Shown: positions 49,578-58,304 of the stretch, one piece after another
Layout of the letters: every line of letters begins with the position of its first letter
Numbering within the stretch: the stretch's first letter is position 1
Source: Phoronis australis
Taxonomy: Eukaryota > Animalia > Phoronida
Assembly: GCA_002633005.1 (NCBI GenBank)
Contig: NMRA01000629.1
Coordinates: 182,535 to 240,838, forward strand
Direction of reading: 5' to 3'
DNA: 58,304 nucleotides
Notes under the pieces: generated by a model
What the model was told of the DNA's origin: nothing
The model's database searches: none
What the model saw: only the letters and a program-made list of their open reading frames with translations
Translations under genes and position numbers: made by a program

Positions 49578-51558
49578 AGTCCTTGTCTCAAAATGCCAAT
49601 GTGGTTACAGTATCCGAAAATACCTACTAAATAAAATCTTATTATCGATACCCTATCTTTATATTCTTTTCGCCTTTCTTGCCAAAAGCGAATTTTTAAC
49701 AGTATTTGACCCTTCTCTGTGAGCGTATAATTACCGGCTGTCATCGGTTATTTTCGTACCCACATTTCCGGCTCATCAGTTCAGGAACTTGTCCTGAACG
49801 CCGCCATTTTTTCCTTGTAACTGAATGTGCTATCGCTTGCTCAAAAAGTCTTCATTATTTTGTTTTATGAGTAATATCTCGTGATTTGTTTGCATATGCA
49901 GTGTATTTATAATTTGTAGTTAATGTTCGTTGATTTTTTGGAATGTTACGCGTACTTATTATGTTAATTAAAATAGCATTGCTGTTTAGTTCCTTACGTA
50001 GGGCGGTCGAACATGCTGTAGGAAACAATATGAATCGAACCAGTTGTTTTTCGTTTTGATTTTTTCGTTTTGAAAAAGTACTTTGCTATCATCGGAAAGG
50101 TAGTGGATTCTACTCAGTAAAATCGAAAAAAGTATCAAAAGTCGTTGCCAGCAGTGTAAAGTTATTGCATTTTTTTGTGGTGAAATTTGGGTCACTTTGT
50201 TTGGATCGCGTCGGCCATATTGGAGGACAGCGGGATAAGTTACGAGTTTAAAACTTTGTGTGAATTGTTTTCGCCTACAATTTACGGTGAAATTTAGTGA
50301 GACATATCTTTACTTACTATTCTGCACGATTCAACAGTTTTCACCAAATTTCATCCCCGCAGTTGTTACTTGTTAAGTGATAAATGTGCTCACAATTCCC
50401 GTTGGACTCATTTCTGGCGGCACCGACAACATGGCGACTTTTGCTGAACTGGAAGGCATGTTCAACCTGTTACTTTTATAATTTGTGAAGATTTAACGTT
50501 GATACATTTTGACAAACGTTGCTACAAAAAAAGGAACTTTGTTCAATTTTCCTTGTTTTTTGCTGCAAAATATAAGATATATTCGAATTATTTTACTGTG
50601 AATTTCCCATTCAGGTGATCTTACACTAAGCTAAAATAATAGTTGAAATAATTTTGAAATGGTTGTTGTTTGACTGTCAACTGCTGTTCAAGGCTTGATT
50701 AAGTGTCACAAAATGTTTCATATTTTTCTAAATTTTAAGCCTAAATTGCCTTCAAGTCATATTTTGTAACTTATTGCTTCTTATTCAGATTATCAAATCA
50801 ACAATATGAAGAATCTTAATTTGAGAAATAAGTTATGTTAGATTGCGAAGCTTCAAGCCTCCAATTCTTGTTCCTTGCAACTTCATATTTTTTACATCAT
50901 GCTTGTCAAATTCTGGTGTAAGGAAGCACGAGACAAAATTCCACTAGAAGACAGGAAGTTACAAAATTTAGCGTCTGCAATTCATAGATCTGAACATAGC
51001 CAGTGAATCTTATAGTAAAACGTAGACATTCCCGAAAATTCCAGCCCCCATTTTTTAGGCTTGGTGCGCTCATACAAAGCCTGGGAAAATCTCAGTTGAA
51101 AGCCAACAACTTTGCACAGTTCGCCAGAAGACCCCCAAGTTTTAAATAAACCTCNATTGTTTAAAATTGCTAGGAAATGAACATAGAACGGCATTAAAGC
51201 TATACAATAATGCAGATTGTTGTCCACCAACTGGCCAAAAGCCATATCGGGACGAGACGTATTTTATCATGTCGCCCATTTAAGGAAAAATGGCTATTGA
51301 AATAACACCAGAACGAGGTAAATGAACAGTTCATTTTTATGTTTTATGAATTTAGAACGCTATATTTGTGCATTTATTTATGAGGAAAATTGCGTTGTCA
51401 AAGTTCTTTGAATGTTAATTCGTTAAAAATTCTTGTGATGCGACAATCAGTTCTGAGCAAGTAGTTAATATATGATGGTGATGTGTGTCCTAAGATTCCT
51501 AACCATGATAAAAATAAAAAATACACGTACACTCTCTCTCACACGCACACGCACACGC

Positions 51559-51594
<36 letters not shown>

Positions 51595-54103
51595 TGGCAG
51601 AATGTGATAATTGTTTTCATAAAATGTTACCATGATTGGTGAAACATAAACCGAAATCAAATACCGTATTCGCCCTAATAAGCGCCCATGCCCCTATAGG
51701 CTCCCCGTCGCGTTTTCAGACTTTGATAAAATAAGCGCCCAGTCCATGAACACCGCCGTACTTGCGAAAAATGCGTTACTTACAGTTAAAATTTTACAGT
51801 AACGTCTTCAATTTATCAATAAGATCCGACATTCCTGAAAAAAATCATTGTGCACGGAACTCGCCGCTATGTCGGTATTAGCCGTGACTATACACTTCAA
51901 ACTTCCACCGTGCTTTAAAGTCCTTGTCTCAAAATGCCAATGTGGTTACAGTATCCGAAAATACCTACTAAATAAAATCTTATTATCGATACTCTTTCTT
52001 TATATTCTTTTCGCCTTTCTTGCCAAAAGCGAATATTTAACAGTATTTGACCCTTCTCTGTGAGCGTATAATTACCGGCTGTCATCGGTTATTTTCGTAC
52101 CCACATTTCCGGCTCATCAGTTCAGGAACTTGTCCTGAACGCCGCCATTTTTTCCTTGTAACTGAATGTGCTATCGCTTGCTCAAAAAGTCTTCATTATT
52201 TTGTTTTATGAGTAATATCTCGTGATTTGTTTGCATATGCAGTGTATTTATAATTTGTAGTTAATGGTCGTTGATTTTTTTGGAATGTTACGCGTACTTT
52301 TTATGTTAAAATAGCATTGCTGTTTAGTTCCTTACGTAGGGCGGTCGAACATACTGTAGGAAACAATATGAATCGAACCAGTTTTTTCGTTTTGAAAAAG
52401 TACTTTGCTATCATCGGAAAGGTAGTGGATTCTACTCAGTAAAATCGAAAAAAGTATCAAAAGTCGTTGCCAGCAGTGTAAAGTTATTGCAATTTTTTGT
52501 GGTGAAATTTGAGTCACTTTCTTTGGATCGCGTCGGCCATATTGGAGGACAGCGGGATAAGTTACGAGTTTAAAACTTTGTGTAAATTGTTTTCGCCAAC
52601 AATTTACGGTGAAATTTAGTGAGACATATCTTTACTTACTATTCTGCACGATTCAACAGTTTTCACCTAATTTCATCCTCGCAGTTGTTACTTGTTAAGT
52701 GATAAATGTGCTCACAATTCCCGTTGGACTCATTTCTGGCGGCACCGACAACATGGCGACTTTTGCTGAACTGGAAGGCATGTTCAACCTGTTACTTTTA
52801 TAATTTGTGAAGATTTAACGTTGATACATTTTGACAAACGTTGCTACAAAAAAAGGAGCTTTGTTCAATTTTCCTGTTTTTTGCTGCAAAATATAAGATA
52901 TATTCGAATTATTTTACTGTGAATTTCCCATTCAGGTGATCTTACACTAAGTTAAAAAAATAGTTGAAATAATTTTGAAATGGTTGTTGTTTGACTGTCA
53001 ACTGCTGTTCAAGGCTTGATTAAGTGTCACAAAATGTTTCATATTTTTCTAAATTTTAAGCCTAAATTGCTTTCAAGTCATATTTTGTAACTTATTGCTT
53101 CTTATTCACATTATCAAGTCAACAATATGAAGAATCTTAATTTGAGAAATAAGTTATGTTAGGTTGCGAAGCTTCAAGCCTCCAATTCTTGTTCCTTGCG
53201 ACTTCATATTTTTTACATCATGCTTGTCAAATTCTGGTGTAAGGAAGCACGAGACAAAATTCCACTAGAAGACAGGAAGTTACAAAATTTAGCGTCTGCA
53301 ATTCATAGATCTGAACATAGCCAGTGAATCTTATAGTAAAAGGTAGACATTCTCGAAAATTCCAGCCCCCATTTTTTAGGCTTGATGCGCTCATACAAAG
53401 CCTGGGAAAATCTCAGTTGAAAGCCAACAACTTTGCACAGTTCGCCAGAAGACCCCCAAGTTTTAAATAAACCTCGTTTGAGCGAACGCTGTGACCAGAG
53501 ACCAGGTAGGCCTAAGGGTAGCCTTGGCGCAAAGCTGTATAGGCCTACTAACAAGCTATACTTTGAAGGTAGTCTTCATACTGGTAGCTGGCACTGAGGC
53601 TAGCTAAGCCAAGGGCTGCCGCGGCAGTGTGACACAGGACTAACCAGCCTGTAATTTTATGCAAGTGTCTGAAACTACCTTTGAATATATACGGCATTTA
53701 TGATTCGAAAATTTTACTTGGACAAAACAGCTTGCAAAATGCCTTTAGCGTTCGCCAGTGTCTCGATCCGCACCGGGTCCGATAGGCTGCGGTCCCGAGT
53801 AAGGCAAAATAATTTCTGTCAAAATTTATTCGCCACATTTCTTCAGCAATTTCGATCAAATTGTCCGTATTTTGATTTCGTTAAAATGAAGGCGCGCTGT
53901 CGATTATTTTATCCCCGTTTGCAGGCTGGTAACAGGCACTGCTCCAGTCGCACTGACTGCGTTTTCTTAGCCTGGGTTCCTGAATGAATTGGGTTCGCGG
54001 TAAGTTCAAAATGGTGGTGTGTTCTTCGGGTGTGAATCGTGAGTGGCGCGTTTATTTAAACTTTTTTCGAGAACGGATTGTGTATTAGTTATGGGGTAAG
54101 TAC
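49578..54103. mobile_element. Kolobok-type family B element (~2.2 kb, shown twice because of the join at N51155; second version starts 51919)
   Basis: TTAA|agtccttgtctca terminus; homologous to 23232-24528; far end truncated near 54103. Confidence 0.75.
51534..51591. repeat. (CT)n/(CACG)/(CA)n compound microsatellite (also at ~48256 and ~49205)
   Basis: Directly visible. Confidence 0.9.
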
Positions 54104-55433
54104 GAAGATTTAACGATCGAAGTCAGCAAATTTTCCGTCTCCAAAACAACTACTAAGTGGTAATTCATTTTTATTTATTTTATTTTAATTACATATTTAC
54201 AAAGAAAACATCATAAAAACATTAAAAATTCCCTTCTAAAGATCTCGGGTATTTTCGCAGCCTTCCATTTTCTTCGGAGATCCCTTATGCCCTAAAAGTA
54301 TATACGCCTGTAATCATCTTCCGCTTGCATTTAACAAAACCGTAAAAGTGGATGATTAGCAAAGATCTGGCGAAAACTTGACCGCGTGCCACACACAACG
54401 GGGGCTACGACAGTACAATGTGTACTCAAATACGAAACTTAATTTTATTTTATCATGTATTTTTGTAAATAAACACAAACTGGCAATCGTAATTCAATTA
54501 CACCAACATCTGGTCATGCATTCTCCCGTAACTAAGGTTTCGGTCATGCGCAGTAAGAATAGGGTTCGTTACCGCTACTTGAAAATCGTTACGATATCGA
54601 AATCCATATTGTCAATTCGATATCGAAATTCTTTCAATACCGAGTACCAGTAGAACAGCCTCCCGTTCAGTAACGTTAGGGCTTCGCTAAAAAGCAAGAC
54701 TTCGCGTGATTACGTGAGACTTTGACTAGGTTTTAGCTAGGTCCTAGCGTAGGTCCTAGAGTCTACTGAACGCACGCCACACTTGGGAAGTGCTCGATTT
54801 TGTAGCTCCGGGGTGTACTCGATTATATGATTTGGTGTCTGTGCTGTTGGTAAATTAGGAAAACGAATCTTTTAAGTAGTTGGAAAGACGATTCAATGAG
54901 CATTTGAAAATCAGAGTTTGACTTCACTTTACCTTTAGTTTCACGTGATAGTTGACTGAACTAGAAACCAGAGTGCAAAATACAAAATCAGCAACACGTC
55001 CTTCTTCAATATATAACGACCGGTCACCGAGGACTCATCGTTTTGATATTACGCCGGAATTTTGTATCAGGAGCAATCATGGCATCGGGAACCGGTGCCA
55101 AAACCTTTTTTAGCAATGCCTTCGAGTGAAATCTATGACTACGAAAATATCCGAATGCCCCACGGAAATGCTCTTTAAAAACGTGGTTTAGGCAATGTAT
55201 TAACTCCGTTTGGCCTTTTTTGACGGCAAATTATCCGCTTGTGATCTTATGTGAGGACCTTGCTACTTTTCTTGTGGTAATAACAAGTCCATTTACATAT
55301 ATACATTCTTTTTTACTCCACGGATTCTTTTGTCTGATTGTTGGCGCTGAAGAAGTTTGCACTCGCCCGATGAGAGGCCTAGGCTGACACAGACAAAGAA
55401 GATACAGTGCCTTTGTTTAAACTACTGCCTACG

Positions 55434-55474
55434 CAGGCCCGTAGGAAGGAAAAAATTATTGGGGGGGGGGGGGG
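55434..55474 (-). mobile_element. Terminus of another member of the hAT family at 29623-36464, running into an N gap
   Basis: caggcccgtaggaaggaaaaaattattggggggg is nearly the reverse complement of 36432-36464. Confidence 0.7.
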
Positions 55475-56727
55475 NNNNNNNNNNNNNNNNNNNNNNNNNN
55501 NNNNNNNNNNNNNNNNNNNNNNNNNNNNNNNNNNNNNNNNNNNNNNNNNNNNNNNNNNNNNNNNNNNNNNNNNNNNNNNNNNNNNNNNNNNNNNNNNNNN
55601 NNNNNNNNNNNNNNNNNNNNNNNNNNNNNNNNNNNNNNNNNNNNNNNNNNNNNNNNNNNNNNNNNNNNNNNNNNNNNNNNNNNNNNNNNNNNNNNNNNNN
55701 NNNNNNNNNNNNNNNNNNNNNNNNNNNNNNNNNNNNNNNNNNNNNNNNNNNNNNNNNNNNNNNNNNNNNNNNNNNNNNNNNNNNNNNNNNNNNNNNNNNN
55801 NNNNNNNNNNNNNNNNNNNNNNNNNNNNNNNNNNNNNNNNNNNNNNNNNNNNNNNNNNNNNNNNNNNNNNNNNNNNNNNNNNNNNNNNNNNNNNNNNNNN
55901 NNNNNNNNNNNNNNNNNNNNNNNNNNNNNNNNNNNNNNNNNNNNNNNNNNNNNNNNNNNNNNNNNNNNNNNNNNNNNNNNNNNNNNNNNNNNNNNNNNNN
56001 NNNNNNNNNNNNNNNNNNNNNNNNNNNNNNNNNNNNNNNNAAACTCTAGTGAAATCTTGATATTTAGAGTAAAAGCTCGAGATTTCGAGTTCAGACTAGA
56101 ACTTATAGCTTTAATGTTGGGGACATCAAGTACAAAACATGGTTAGTACACAGTCATCCACGTACTGATCCATACTAGAATCCAGTCCGGAATAATCTAC
56201 AACTATCATAAGTTGGAATAGAGATAGAACAGAAGCGTTAAAACTAATATCGAGTTAGATTTCGAGAACAAAGATTATAACCCGGACCAGCCAGTATCCC
56301 CCTCATTGTAATGCACGGGTCATTATGCACGGGTCGTCAAATGGGTAAGATGATTAGATACACATTTTCTAACCTAAAGATATCCGTCTTCATAGTTTGT
56401 TCATGTACATATACCATTCCTTCCATCTTGGCAGCCAGCTGCAATATGAATTGATTGTTAATTTGGCATCAGAAAATGGTTCAAACTAAGGGTAAGAAGG
56501 AAAAGCAATGGTAAAACTAAAATAATTACACACCGTTTGACACAAAAACTGATAAGTTATTTCCCTTATATTTCACCTGTTATAATAAGCTTAATACCAA
56601 AATAGTTGATTAAACAATACATAGATACATATATAAAACATTAATACCAAATCATCAGAAAGACATGTTCAATGCAACAGTTGAATAACCCATTTAGTTA
56701 TTCAACGTAAGTTGGATAACATTTTGN

Positions 56728-56786
56728 GGATTCGAACCGCTTTGGTAGACTGTCGACTTAACAGCTGCACCCTTCAGGAGCTGACT
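56728..56786 (-). repeat. Possible degenerate tRNA-derived SINE head
   Basis: Minus strand ends in a B-box-like ggttcgaatcc. No convincing cloverleaf; cut by a single N. Confidence 0.25.
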
Positions 56787-58304
56787 TCATCGTACGTGAC
56801 GTTTCTACGCTGTGAAAAATAACACGCACAATTTCAATAAAAACGACATCTTCAAATCCGCAAAATTTATCTGTCATTTGTCTCTCTTGTAAGTTAAAAT
56901 GAGGGTAACATATTATCACTTACACCAAGAAACTGTGATGCAGAAAAAAAGGTGTCACTGAAGATGTGACCACCGCTTGACAAAAAACGATGCAGAAATA
57001 AATTTCACTTGCCAAAATTCGGAGCACGTGACCACTGGTGATGTCACTCACTTGAAGCAAAAAGGCTGACGGAGTGGTGACCAGGCGGTGTCTACAGTCG
57101 TCCACTGAATACACACAGAAGTTAGTATTTGGAGAGGCGTTGCTCAACAATAAGCCCTTGCTTAATTTTGCCGACGTCATCAGTTTGAGAGGTCACGTGG
57201 TCCTAGATGGTCACATGCTCCTAACATGGTTAAATTTTTGCTGGCACATGACTTGGTCCTGCATGGTGTGAACGATATCTGATGAGTTTTTTATTTACAT
57301 GTATGGTTGTATGAGTATGATAAAGTGCCGACACATGTTTTAGTGTAACGTGAATTGAAACTACTGGTTTTCGATTGTTATTAATTGGTCCTACCCATTG
57401 AAAAGATGTTTAGGACTTTATTTTAGCAATTCCATAGAAAAACGTGTTTTCCATTCTGGTTTTCCATAGATCTGGTTTGTGTAAATTGTACCCTAATAAG
57501 AACTGTTACCTTTGTGATCTACACTCACATTTACTACATTTACTCAAAATCCTTTTGTATGTCAGCGTCTTCCCGGTTATCTTTTTTTGCCCCTGAGAGA
57601 ATGCCCTGGATTTCGGTATCACCCTAAAACCGATCAAGACCTTGCAATCTCCCTCTGGTCACACTTCGGGTCGGAATAAACTAAAACAATTCACGTTTTG
57701 TGCTTCAAGGAAAGTGCCGCAAAACCACGTCATTAAGTGCGAATGCGCTTGGTGAATCTCGACAGTTATCTGCAGGTACTGTGAGTGATTTATTACAGCT
57801 GTCAGATTTTGCTGGAGATTTGCCAAGCAAAATCCATTATTTTAGAAGTTCACGAAACGACGATAAAAGTTGTGATTTTGCTCGGTATGTTCAAATGATA
57901 ATTAAAACGTACATGTAAATAGGCCTAATGTGTAGGCCAACGCTAAAATTAATTTGTTTTTCACAAATGTTTTCGAGTTTACAAAAATCAATACTATGAT
58001 CAACGCAAAATTCAAATTTCGAAACTCTGTGTTGTTTCAAGATGAGCTAAGTGTGCTGAACAAAGCAGGTCCTACAGATGGGAAATCATTATCTCCATAT
58101 AATTGTTGGATATTCGATGTCTGCTCACGTTATTCAGTTTATCCTGATTCTCACTGAGGAGACTTTCCAACTCTGACGTTTTTCGCTTTGATTCTTCCAA
58201 GTCTGTGCAAAATTTATATTGCTTTGGCGAGTGCGAGGGCAAGTTGTTGAAGCGAATCATCAAGGCCTTTTCTTTCTGAAATCAAATTGCATCTCCGCGT
58301 CAAA

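Noticed and set aside
1755-53475. Large direct duplications flanking single N characters (N at 1978, 37068, 38839, 40604, 42295, 43607, 48288, 51155)
   Set aside because: Each duplicate ends exactly at a lone N and differs by a few percent, the signature of unmerged overlapping contigs or haplotypes rather than biological tandem repeats.
23265-56060. Long ORFs in the track that run through N gaps (23265-24149, 27542-28166, 55357-56060 and similar)
   Set aside because: They are open only because N codons contain no stops; the flanks are non-coding repeats.
56728-56786. tRNA gene
   Set aside because: Only a B-box-like motif is present and no complete cloverleaf can be folded.
58072-58263. Minus-strand coiled-coil-like ORF at the window edge
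   Set aside because: Short, followed by a stop, and without a diagnostic motif; cannot be supported.

Overview
AT-rich, repeat-dominated window from a draft animal genome, most likely a marine invertebrate judging from the Academ, Kolobok, RTE-X, Tx1 and hAT content. It has four large N gaps and many single-N contig joins. The only clearly intact host gene is a single-coding-exon GT10 alpha-1,3-fucosyltransferase-like gene (25409-26581, minus), in which the normally invariant DYITEK motif reads DYISFK. Most other recognisable sequence is transposon-derived: two Kolobok-type TTAA families, a three-level nest (Tx1/L1 < Academ < RTE-X LINE), L2/Crack and Academ fragments, and several MITEs. The most unusual element is a ~6.8 kb hAT transposon (29623-36464). 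Its spliced, now disrupted transposase reconstructs as a vertnin-like OTU cysteine-protease domain, a PIP box, a TTF zinc finger, a DUF4371-type region, the DDE core and the hAT dimerisation domain in one polypeptide. Many apparent tandem duplications are probably assembly artefacts. All family assignments come from motif recognition by eye; no database searches were run.
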